Source of the DNA: a virus
Lineage: Duplodnaviria; Caudoviricetes
Strand: one strand, 5' to 3'
Virus record (IMG/VR): IMGVR_UViG_3300025645_000102
Span: 1-52,368 of that record
DNA: 52,368 bases
Below, one piece after another: positions 37,416 through 45,970 of the stretch. Position 1 is the stretch's first letter, and every line of letters starts with the position of its first letter. The notes beneath the pieces were generated by a model. The model made no database searches, was not told the origin of the DNA, and worked only from the letters and a program-made list of their open reading frames with translations. Both the position numbers and the translations under genes were made by a program.

Positions 37416-40400
37416 TTATGCTAGGCTATCTAATGTCAGATTCCTAGCTCTTAGTTCTGTTTCTAGAGAGTTATATAGTTCTACACTGAATCTAGACGTT
37501 ACCGCCTCAAATCCTGCAGAGTCCATAGCTTCTACGTTGAACACAGGGCTAAACACAATACCCTTTCCCCCAGATTTAGCAGATCCAGCAGGAGAAACAT
37601 TAACTGGAACTAAAGGAGTAATTTCTTCCGCCCCTCTTTCTCCTACAATGATACTAGCACCAGCACCAGAGGTACCGCCACCAGCCCTACCTGGGATTCT
37701 GAAGTTGTTAGCAGTGCCCTGACCTTGTCCGCCGTTGATGAATGATAGCTCGCCCGCGTTAGCGTTCCTACTTACATCTACATCGTTTCTGCGGCTTCCG
37801 CCCTCGATCTTCATGTTACTGCCACCGCTAGCACCAGAATCTAAGTTAGATATCTGACCATTAGCAGCTTTATTTATGGCAGCTATTTGTAAAATGCCCA
37901 TACCTGCCATCATAGCAGCGGCTGGTATGCCTGCGATAAACCCTAGTTCCGCAAAAGATTTTGCTATAGCTGTAGCAGTAGATATAACTACTGATGCTTT
38001 TTGCGCTTTAGCTTGCTCTTTAATCTTTTTCTTTTCTAAAGATTTAATCTTAGCTAGGCTTTCTGCACTCTTACCATCGCGTTTCTTTTCTGCGGCTATC
38101 TCTTGGTCTATTCCAGCTACCCTAGCATCTGAAGATGCTTGGTATACTGAACCTATCCCGTCAGCAACTCCTTGCGCAAAACCTTGGAAGGCTTCCATGT
38201 TACCACTCAAAAATTCAGTAAATCCAGAGAAACTTTCTATTCCGTTTTCAGCGGCTAGTGCGAAAACGTCAGAAAACGTTCCTGCTAAGCCCAGTGATGC
38301 GCTTTGTAGATCCGTAATTCCGTCTAATGCTGCCATAGATGAAAATGTTGAAGAAGCATCTTTAAATGGTGCTGCTGCTTCTGCCCTGTCTTGGGTTCCT
38401 TCTTGTACCTGTAACAGCGCTAGAGCTTTACTTTTCTCTATCCCTTCCGCCATCGCCATTATTTCTGCTCTTCTAAGTTCTAAGAGTTTTTGTGCGATTT
38501 CTACTCGTTTTTGTTCTGATCCCGCCAATTGAAGATCAAGCTCAAGTCTGGCTTTATCAGGCAAGCTTGCAGTTACTTTATCTAATGCAGGAGCTCTAGC
38601 TTTGTCTGCGTTTAGTTTTTTCTGTTCTACATTAAGTAAACTAATTGCTAACTGTTTTTCTAAGCCGTCCTTTCCTGCCAAAACTTGTAGTCTTTTAAGG
38701 TTTAGAATCCTCTGTTCAATCTGTGCCCTTTCTACCTCACTTTGTACTGTGCCCAAACTTGCAGTTAAATTTGCAGTTTCTACAGCTCTTTTGTTTGATT
38801 TTCTTTGCGACTCTTCAGTTGCTAGTTGAATATCATACTTTAAATTAAGTAATCCTATCTGATGCTGTAGTGCTGTAATTTCTTTTTTAGCTAAATCAGT
38901 AGCAGCTAGTTGAATATTCAGGCTATCTAATTGAATTTTAATAGAACCAGACTCATATGTGTTCTTTTCGGCCTGCAAAGCTAATAGTGAAGAAGTATTA
39001 TAGTTATTATTTTCTATGTTTTTTAGGAGAGTTTCGTCTACTTTAAGCTGAGCTAGTTTAGCTTCTAATACTTCTAACTCTATTGCCCGTTTATCACTAG
39101 TTTCTTTGGATATTATCTTACCAAGTTTTATTTCTTTATTTTGCAGATCTGTTCTGAGTTTTATAGTTCTTTCTAAATCTGCGACCGCTTCCCCTTTTTC
39201 ACCAGTGCTTATGCTTATTAGTTTATCTTCTGTTGGTAGTCTAGCATACGATGCGGCTAGTTCGAGTGTTGCATCCCTTACTTTACCAATACCATCAAGG
39301 TTTACGTCAGTCCCAAAAGACTTTTGAAACTCTGCAAATCTTTCGGCTTGCTGTATGGTAGCCTCGTCAATTAAAGCACCTTCTACAACAATTGTGGGCA
39401 TGTTAGTAAGCTCACTTATGGTGTCTAGCATTTCTGCTAAAGGCCCAGTTGCTTTTTGTCCTGCAAGGCCTAGTCCCTCGACTTTTGCCATACCCTCGTC
39501 TAGTGCTTTAATGTAAGCTATAAAGTTAGTGCCCGTATTTTCATCAATAGGCTGCGTAATCTCTCTACCAGCTAGGAGTGATAACTGCGCGACCCTCTCT
39601 TTTTGAAGAGCTACAATCTCTTTATTTATTACAACCTGAGTTTGTAATTCGTTGTTATACCTAGCGGTATCGGAGTAACCTGCTCTCAACCGTACATTAG
39701 CTTCTTGGAGACCCTCATTGAAAAAACCAAAACCTGCCATCCCAGCAAACTCAGTAGCTACATTAGCCACAGATATTGCTAAATTTTCTGCTGTCCCCCC
39801 CATGCTTGTAGATAAACTAAGTGCTTCTGTTTTTGAGGCTTTTAGCTGTTCTTTTAAATCTTCTATCTTACCTGAAAGAGCCCCAGTAGCGGTCACAGCA
39901 GCCCCAATATTATCAGCAGATAATGCTTTTGAGAAAATTTCAGCACTAGTACTAGCTTCTTTAGATATGGCTTCCTGGTCTCCTAAAACTCCCATATAAT
40001 CTATTATTTCACTTAACAAAGCCGCCGTAGGTTCTAGTCCTTTAGAGATAAAAACCAAAAGCTCGGTTGTTGCATCCTGCGCATTCACCCCTAAAGTTTC
40101 CCAAGCTGTGGCCCCCGCTGTAATACCAGAAAATTTCTCGTCTAGCTGACCCTGTACTTCATTGGTTAACGCTAGTTGTCTTTCGTAATTAGTTAATTCG
40201 TCTACTGTTTTTCCAACTTCTGCCGCATATTTTTGGAATGCAGGAGTAAGTCTTGTAACAATACCTAATTCATCAAATAGTTCTATTTCTTGTTTTGATA
40301 TACCCCGAAGCACTCTGTCCATGGAGTCTGTAAAATCCCTACCCAAAGCGATAGAGGCTTTTCTAGTAGAAGCTGTTAATTTATCTAGCTGATCTGTGGT

Positions 40401-41291
40401 AAAACTAAAAGCTACACCTTTAGTTGCAAAACTTAAACTTTCCTTCAAAGATAATGCACCCGCAGAGGCCTGTCTTAGTTTAACCGCTAAATTATTAACA
40501 TCTACACCAGTTACTGCAGCAGAAAAACTAGTCAGCTGCTCCTGTAGTCTGCTGAAAGACGCCGCGTCATTTAGTAGTTTAAATGCAGCCCCAATAGCGT
40601 ACAAATTCACCGCAATAGCGGCGTAAGTGCTAACTAAAGGGTTAGCCCCAAAAGCTAAGGCGGAAAAGTTTCTAGTTTGATTGTTTGTAGCTCTAGTGCT
40701 TTGTCTCATTGCTGCAGTGGCTTGTTCTGAGGTATTACTAAAATTAGTATTCGCCCTACTAGCCCTATTGGCCGCATTGGAGTAATCAATAAACTCTTCT
40801 GAAGTCCTTTCTACTGCTCGCTCTACTTCGGATATGTGATAATCAAGTCTTTGTGTGTTTTGTTCTATTTTTTCCAAAACACCAAGTAACCTTGACATAC
40901 CCGTGTTTGCGTCTATACCCTCTAAAGCACCCTCCACCTGATTAGCTGATTCTCTTACATCGTCTAATACACTAATTAAAACTTCCATATTAGTTATATA
41001 TCTATCTATGCCTGCGGTTTGTATATCAGACCCAGAGAGAGATCTATTTATAGATTTAAGTGCCGAAGCAAAAGTCTTTAAACTAGCGGCTGACGTACCC
41101 AGTCTTTCTCCTGTAGCGGCTAAAGTGGATAAAGAAGCGTTTAAGCTACCAGAAACCCCTACAAAATTAGCGCTAGAAGCGCTAACGTCTGTAATAGCGT
41201 TATTTAGTTCCCTTAATTTAGTAGTAGCTTCGGTAGATCCTACTGTTTCTACTCGAACCCGTATATTTCTTATCTGTTGGTTTCTTGCCAT
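37416..41291 (-). CDS. pb2: tape measure protein
   Basis: TRNFSALA, YAAIAVNLYA, ALGRDFTDSMDRVLRGISKQEIELFDELGI; long coiled coil; C-terminal hydrophobic helices; AAGGAG SD before ATG 41291. Confidence 0.9.
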   Translation of the reverse strand: MARNQQIRNIRVRVETVGSTEATTKLRELNNAITDVSASSANFVGVSGSLNASLSTLAATGERLGTSAASLKTFASALKSINRSLSGSDIQTAGIDRYITNMEVLISVLDDVRESANQVEGALEGIDANTGMSRLLGVLEKIEQNTQRLDYHISEVERAVERTSEEFIDYSNAANRASRANTNFSNTSEQATAAMRQSTRATNNQTRNFSALAFGANPLVSTYAAIAVNLYAIGAAFKLLNDAASFSRLQEQLTSFSAAVTGVDVNNLAVKLRQASAGALSLKESLSFATKGVAFSFTTDQLDKLTASTRKASIALGRDFTDSMDRVLRGISKQEIELFDELGIVTRLTPAFQKYAAEVGKTVDELTNYERQLALTNEVQGQLDEKFSGITAGATAWETLGVNAQDATTELLVFISKGLEPTAALLSEIIDYMGVLGDQEAISKEASTSAEIFSKALSADNIGAAVTATGALSGKIEDLKEQLKASKTEALSLSTSMGGTAENLAISVANVATEFAGMAGFGFFNEGLQEANVRLRAGYSDTARYNNELQTQVVINKEIVALQKERVAQLSLLAGREITQPIDENTGTNFIAYIKALDEGMAKVEGLGLAGQKATGPLAEMLDTISELTNMPTIVVEGALIDEATIQQAERFAEFQKSFGTDVNLDGIGKVRDATLELAASYARLPTEDKLISISTGEKGEAVADLERTIKLRTDLQNKEIKLGKIISKETSDKRAIELEVLEAKLAQLKVDETLLKNIENNNYNTSSLLALQAEKNTYESGSIKIQLDSLNIQLAATDLAKKEITALQHQIGLLNLKYDIQLATEESQRKSNKRAVETANLTASLGTVQSEVERAQIEQRILNLKRLQVLAGKDGLEKQLAISLLNVEQKKLNADKARAPALDKVTASLPDKARLELDLQLAGSEQKRVEIAQKLLELRRAEIMAMAEGIEKSKALALLQVQEGTQDRAEAAAPFKDASSTFSSMAALDGITDLQSASLGLAGTFSDVFALAAENGIESFSGFTEFLSGNMEAFQGFAQGVADGIGSVYQASSDARVAGIDQEIAAEKKRDGKSAESLAKIKSLEKKKIKEQAKAQKASVVISTATAIAKSFAELGFIAGIPAAAMMAGMGILQIAAINKAANGQISNLDSGASGGSNMKIEGGSRRNDVDVSRNANAGELSFINGGQGQGTANNFRIPGRAGGGTSGAGASIIVGERGAEEITPLVPVNVSPAGSAKSGGKGIVFSPVFNVEAMDSAGFEAVTSRFSVELYNSLETELRARNLTLDSLA

Positions 41292-41311
41292 TATTTGCTC
41301 CTTGCTAAAAT

Positions 41312-41347
41312 AAAAAAAGTCCCACAACCAATAAGCGGTAAGGGACT
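41312..41347 (-). terminator. terminator-like hairpin between the chaperone and tape measure genes
   Basis: Minus strand AGTCCC...GGGACT followed by a T-run. Confidence 0.55.
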
Positions 41348-41379
41348 GAATAGGGACATTGCCCTATTCTAGAGGATTA

Positions 41380-41820
41380 TTATCCCTTCTTGGCTTTGTC
41401 TGCGGATTTTTTGGCCTCTTTATATGAGGCTTCTCTGGCTCTTCCGTCCAGGAATCTGATTATTTCAAAAACTGTAAACCTATCTTCTCCTTCGATCAGA
41501 TAGAGTGAGAATAAAACTTCTAGGGAGGAGTAATTTTTACCAACGTACATACTAGACATACCGCCGCTGTACGTATCGGGCAGTGCGTTAAATATCTCTA
41601 TGCCTTGGTGTACATAACTAGGGAAGTCTTCAAAACTTGGGGGTATTTTATCGGGGTCGATTTCACCTCCAAGCTGCTCTTCCATTCTTAAGTACGTTTC
41701 AGCAGTAATACCTACTCTAGCATTATCTAAATATTTTTTAAGGTAGTCTAAGGTAGCTTCTGCTCTATCAGTCTCGAAATCGGTGCAAACTGAACACCTG
41801 TTCATTAATCCAAGTATCAA
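41380..41820 (-). CDS. tail assembly chaperone, second (gpT-like) frame, probably reached by frameshift
   Basis: Overlaps the upstream chaperone; no clear SD/ATG; T5 p138 position. Confidence 0.7.
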   Translation of the reverse strand: MILGLMNRCSVCTDFETDRAEATLDYLKKYLDNARVGITAETYLRMEEQLGGEIDPDKIPPSFEDFPSYVHQGIEIFNALPDTYSGGMSSMYVGKNYSSLEVLFSLYLIEGEDRFTVFEIIRFLDGRAREASYKEAKKSADKAKKG

Positions 41821-42172
41821 AAATTTGTGAGTGAGAAACTAACTGCACTACGTTATCTATAGAGAACTCTACCTCAGCTTCTAGGTCTTCTATTTGAGAA
41901 CTATCTATTAGTAGTAACTCGCTAAGATGTTTATACTTTAATCCAGACCAGCCTTTGATTGCTGCTTCTGAGAACTTTTCGACAAATTTGTCTTGATCTA
42001 GCTCTGTTACTGGCATTCTAAGTTTAGGGTCTATTTTAGTGGTCTCTGATTCGGTTCTAATCTTTCTAGATAACTCCCTTGATAGGGCTGCTATCTTTAC
42101 TTCAAAACCATCAATACCTTCAAAGGGTACTGTGACTACTTTTGTTTCTACTATAAGTTGTTTTAAGTTCAT
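41768..42172 (-). CDS. tail assembly chaperone (gpG-like)
   Basis: AIKGWSGL motif; 134 aa; T5 p139 position. Confidence 0.78.
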   Translation of the reverse strand: MNLKQLIVETKVVTVPFEGIDGFEVKIAALSRELSRKIRTESETTKIDPKLRMPVTELDQDKFVEKFSEAAIKGWSGLKYKHLSELLLIDSSQIEDLEAEVEFSIDNVVQLVSHSQIFDTWINEQVFSLHRFRD

Positions 42173-42184
42173 AATTCTTTTCCT

Positions 42185-43072
42185 CTAGAATTTTAATGTT
42201 GAGTTAACAGAGCTAGGCAGTAACACGTAGTCTGTCGCTATTCGATGATAATCTCCAAGATCAAATCTTTCTGTAGTACTGCAGTTGCCGAGCTTAATAT
42301 TAAAGCTAGGACCATATGCAATCTCGATTGATGCGTCTTGTGAAAACGTCGTATTATTATTATTTAGTTTTAATTGTGTTATTGTGCCAGAGATAGTCAT
42401 TGTGTCTATTAAAGGTCTACTTACCTTAAATATACTGCCTATATCGAAAACAGATTTTTGTGTTCCCCACTTAATACCTCTAGTAAGCTCCACTGTAACG
42501 CCCAGTACATTGTTAAAACCTTCTACTACAACACTACTATTTATAAACCCAGAAGAAGTTTGTGAGACTTGTGTTAGGTTATTAAATATTGTCATTTCCT
42601 CAGCTATATCTGTTACATCTTGTAAGTCAGAACCAACAGCAGTTATATTAGCCGCTAGTATCTCTTTTTGAGTAATAGTGAGAGATAGATTTTCTCCTAC
42701 CGCATCAGACACTTTGTATATAGTGCCAGTCGCCGATACTATATAAACAGTAGCTGCGTTGGGGGTAGCATCTAAGGCTATAAATGTAGGGATTTTATGT
42801 GTAGTATCAAAATCATGGGGCAGCCCAAACCAATTAGCTAAAGCCTTTTCGGGTTCAGCAGCCGCTAAGTAAATTGAAAAGTTAAGAGATACAGGAGATT
42901 TCTCTGTTGTAAAAGTCTTGTCCATCAAAGTTCTTTTTTGTAGCGTTTGAGTGGTTTGCCTAGATTCAGAAAACGTCTGGGAAGCAGATACCTCACCCAC
43001 AAGAAACTTGTACTTGTGGGTGTTGGTAGCTAAGTATACAGTGGTACCTATTTTAAAATCGATACCACTCAT
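42185..43072 (-). CDS. baseplate tube / minor tail protein (T5 p140-like)
   Basis: SASQTFSE...TLQ motif; 295 aa; directly after the tail tube gene. Confidence 0.75.
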   Translation of the reverse strand: MSGIDFKIGTTVYLATNTHKYKFLVGEVSASQTFSESRQTTQTLQKRTLMDKTFTTEKSPVSLNFSIYLAAAEPEKALANWFGLPHDFDTTHKIPTFIALDATPNAATVYIVSATGTIYKVSDAVGENLSLTITQKEILAANITAVGSDLQDVTDIAEEMTIFNNLTQVSQTSSGFINSSVVVEGFNNVLGVTVELTRGIKWGTQKSVFDIGSIFKVSRPLIDTMTISGTITQLKLNNNNTTFSQDASIEIAYGPSFNIKLGNCSTTERFDLGDYHRIATDYVLLPSSVNSTLKF

Positions 43073-43077
43073 GTGTT

Positions 43078-44235
43078 TTACTCCGCGAAGAACGCAAAAG
43101 AGATTTCGTCGCCACTGATCAAATCAGTAGAAGAAGGAATCCCCTTGAACTCTATAGAGGTAGATACAACGTCATCTATGGATAATGACGGAACAGATAA
43201 CTGAGCTAATGGTATAGTTATCTCAGCTCGTGAGCCAGTACCACCACCTACCTGAAAGACTATATTGGCAGCATTAGTAACGGCGTCACCAACTTCTGCG
43301 AGCATGTGAGCTAATAAATTAGCCGAACCATATTCTGTGCCAGTAGTACCATCAGATCCAACGTTATCTCTAAGGTATGCTTCAATTGTTCCTGTGACTT
43401 CAAAAGAGCCAGTAAAAGAACCAATCGCATTATCTACTTCAGCTAGTGTATTAGGTGTAAGATACGTAACGTTGTTGTTAACAGTAACAGTACCACTAGT
43501 GATAGGTATAATATAGTTATCATTAACGCCCGCGTTTAATCCTGGTGCTAGATCTGAGTTTAAGCTCATAAGAGTTAGTTTATTGACTAAATAACTTTTG
43601 TTAGTAGGTACTCTTACGTATCCAGAAGCTACAGAAGTTTCGTCAAAACTTGTGCCACCAGCGGCTACAAAAGCAGGTACGGTAATAGGTAAGTAAGTCA
43701 GACCCTGGCCAGACCAAGAAGTTTGCCCAATATCAGAAATATCTATAGAAACTTCTGCTTGACCTACCTGAACTTTATCTATGTAATACATCGTATTATC
43801 TACTAAGAAATACAAATAGAGTTCCGTTAGTACATGAGCTGAGTTATTTTCAAAGTCAACTTTAAAACTAGAAGTATCGCCAAACACTTTAGATGTGCCT
43901 GTACCATTGTCTAGGTCTACTACTGTGGCATTAGATGAAGCTAAGGCGTGCCATAACAACATATCTACAGTAAAGTGGGTAGAACCCTCTAAGTAAGGTG
44001 TCATATAAGTAGTGAAAGACCATTCTACTGGATCCAAAGAAGCGTTAAATCTCTTACTTCCTCTAATGGGTGCGGGGCCTGCTTCTTCTACTGATACATC
44101 TGTGGTAGAAACTGACTGTGAAAAGCTATAGCCTTCCTGGACTGGGATTTCGAAAGTGTTAGCATTGGTATGGGTTCCACCGCTAGCTTCCGTACTGATC
44201 CATAATCTGGTATTACGGGATAAGTTAATTGCCAT
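43078..44235 (-). CDS. pb6: major tail tube protein
   Basis: LSRNTRLW, FSQ, EAGPAPIRGSKRFN.SL.P.EWSF.TY, IGSFTGSFEVTG, DVVSTSIEFK. Confidence 0.9.
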   Translation of the reverse strand: MAINLSRNTRLWISTEASGGTHTNANTFEIPVQEGYSFSQSVSTTDVSVEEAGPAPIRGSKRFNASLDPVEWSFTTYMTPYLEGSTHFTVDMLLWHALASSNATVVDLDNGTGTSKVFGDTSSFKVDFENNSAHVLTELYLYFLVDNTMYYIDKVQVGQAEVSIDISDIGQTSWSGQGLTYLPITVPAFVAAGGTSFDETSVASGYVRVPTNKSYLVNKLTLMSLNSDLAPGLNAGVNDNYIIPITSGTVTVNNNVTYLTPNTLAEVDNAIGSFTGSFEVTGTIEAYLRDNVGSDGTTGTEYGSANLLAHMLAEVGDAVTNAANIVFQVGGGTGSRAEITIPLAQLSVPSLSIDDVVSTSIEFKGIPSSTDLISGDEISFAFFAE

Positions 44236-44252
44236 GTTATAATTCTCCTAAA

Positions 44253-44726
44253 TTATTGTGCGGTCTTACGTATTTTTTCATAACGTACGGTTGCAGTAAC
44301 CTGACCTAATGCTAATGGTGATAAAATACCTTCATCGGTATTTATCTGTGTTATTGTGTTGTCTACTGTAGTTTTGATTAATTCTCCATCCGAAGTAACT
44401 ACAGTATAATCTAATTGGAGGTTGGTGTCAAGAAAAGTTTCTACGTCAGATATGATAGACTCTAGGGATGCTTGGGTCGCTTCCTCGGATTTAACATATA
44501 TCGTAATATTCATATTTAATGTTGCCCACGTAAAATTAGAGGGCATATCTTCTCTAGTTTCTGCACCAGGGGTAATACTAATGTATGGAAATTCTTCAAC
44601 GTCGTCAAAATGAACTACCCTAGAATCCACATTACCATATAGGTTATTAACGTAATCTCCAGTGCCGTCCATTAATTCACTAAGTTTAGAAACCATAGCT
44701 TGGGTTATTCCAGATCTAGCACTCAT
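44253..44726 (-). CDS. tail terminator protein (T5 p142-like)
   Basis: EFPYISITPGAETR and TDEGIL.P motifs; synteny. Confidence 0.8.
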   Translation of the reverse strand: MSARSGITQAMVSKLSELMDGTGDYVNNLYGNVDSRVVHFDDVEEFPYISITPGAETREDMPSNFTWATLNMNITIYVKSEEATQASLESIISDVETFLDTNLQLDYTVVTSDGELIKTTVDNTITQINTDEGILSPLALGQVTATVRYEKIRKTAQ

Positions 44727-45382
44727 TTTGAGTTCTCCTGAATATTAAAGTTTGCTTTCTTGAAGGAGCTAGGGCTTAGTGCCTTTGCTAAAGCTATTGA
44801 TATAGCCTTTTTTATAAGAGAAGCAGGGTCTCTTGTTTTATGTCCTGCAAATACCGCGTAGGGCATTAACATGTAAGAAAAAAATATAGAGCCTCTTGTT
44901 TGGTTCTTACCACCCGTAATGCCATTTATATGTGCACTGTGTGCAAATCTGCCAGTGTCATTGACTAGTGCCGGTGCTACCATTAGGTTTTTTACGTGCT
45001 CAAATAAAGTTACGTTTAATATTTTAGCCAAATTTACTGCCGATATAAACCTACCGTCTGCTCCTTGTAGTCCTGCTATCTTTGCAGCTATATCAACTTT
45101 ACCTGATTTTTTAGTTTTTGTAGTTTTGTTTAAAAAACCGTTAGATAGCATATCTTTAGATAAAACTCCAGATATAATATCTTCTATACGTGTAACAGCG
45201 GCAGTTAGTGCTTTATCTGCTATTTCTTTTTCAGTAGCTTCCGGCATTTCGTCTTTAAACCTAAGCTCTAGAGTACCTTTAAGATCTAATCCCTTGGATA
45301 CTACATCTACTAAAGTTTTGGCAGGTAAAGTATCCCCACCCCTTCCTATAGCTTTTTGAAGTATAGCCTCAAACGTACTCAT
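44723..45382 (-). CDS. tail completion protein (T5 p143-like)
   Basis: GRFIS, TGRFA.S, YM..PY.VF, RDP..LI motifs; synteny. Confidence 0.78.
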   Translation of the reverse strand: MSTFEAILQKAIGRGGDTLPAKTLVDVVSKGLDLKGTLELRFKDEMPEATEKEIADKALTAAVTRIEDIISGVLSKDMLSNGFLNKTTKTKKSGKVDIAAKIAGLQGADGRFISAVNLAKILNVTLFEHVKNLMVAPALVNDTGRFAHSAHINGITGGKNQTRGSIFFSYMLMPYAVFAGHKTRDPASLIKKAISIALAKALSPSSFKKANFNIQENSK

Positions 45383-45900
45383 AGAACTTTATACAAATCT
45401 AACATAAGTTTTATTTGTGGAGGTACTAATGTAGGAGTAGGGCTTGAACTGCTTTCTCCGGTACTAGAGGTTATCTTTGTAGAAAAACTACCCTTATTAA
45501 AATAGCTAACCAATTCATACGCTGAAATAACTAAATCTGCAGGAGGCGTAGTATAGCCGTAAGTATAATCTATTTCTATAGCGTTTCTAGTGGTTGGGAA
45601 CGAATCTACCGCTTCTATCGTGCCGACCGCTAGGTCAACGTAATACTTTGTAGGGTCTAGGTCAACACCGCTTACAGATACTCTGGTTACCGCGTTTAGT
45701 GCGGGGTGAGGTACTAATACCTCTAACTCATTGTCTGAAGTGGCTTTTGCTCCAACAACTGTAACTTCTTCAAAACTTAAAGAACAATAATTTTCTACAA
45801 AAGTATTAACGAAGGCTACCAAAGGCTCTAGTTTCTGATCATTGTTAGGGGTTTTTAGATCTTTATAATCTTTGTAACCCTCTAATGTAATTAATGCCAT
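45379..45900 (-). CDS. head completion / head-tail adaptor protein (T5 p144-like)
   Basis: Y.YGY...P.DL and PPQIK..LDLY motifs; follows the capsid gene. Confidence 0.8.
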   Translation of the reverse strand: MALITLEGYKDYKDLKTPNNDQKLEPLVAFVNTFVENYCSLSFEEVTVVGAKATSDNELEVLVPHPALNAVTRVSVSGVDLDPTKYYVDLAVGTIEAVDSFPTTRNAIEIDYTYGYTTPPADLVISAYELVSYFNKGSFSTKITSSTGESSSSPTPTLVPPQIKLMLDLYKVL

Positions 45901-45915
45901 TTGTTTTCTCCTAAT

Positions 45916-45951
45916 AAAAAAGCCCCGCCCGAGACGGGAGGGGCCTTTTTT
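45916..45951. terminator. terminator after the capsid gene
   Basis: A-run, GCCCC-G-CCCG-AGA-CGGG-A-GGGGC, T-run. Confidence 0.85.
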
Positions 45952-45970
45952 TGTTCGATATCAGTTATTA

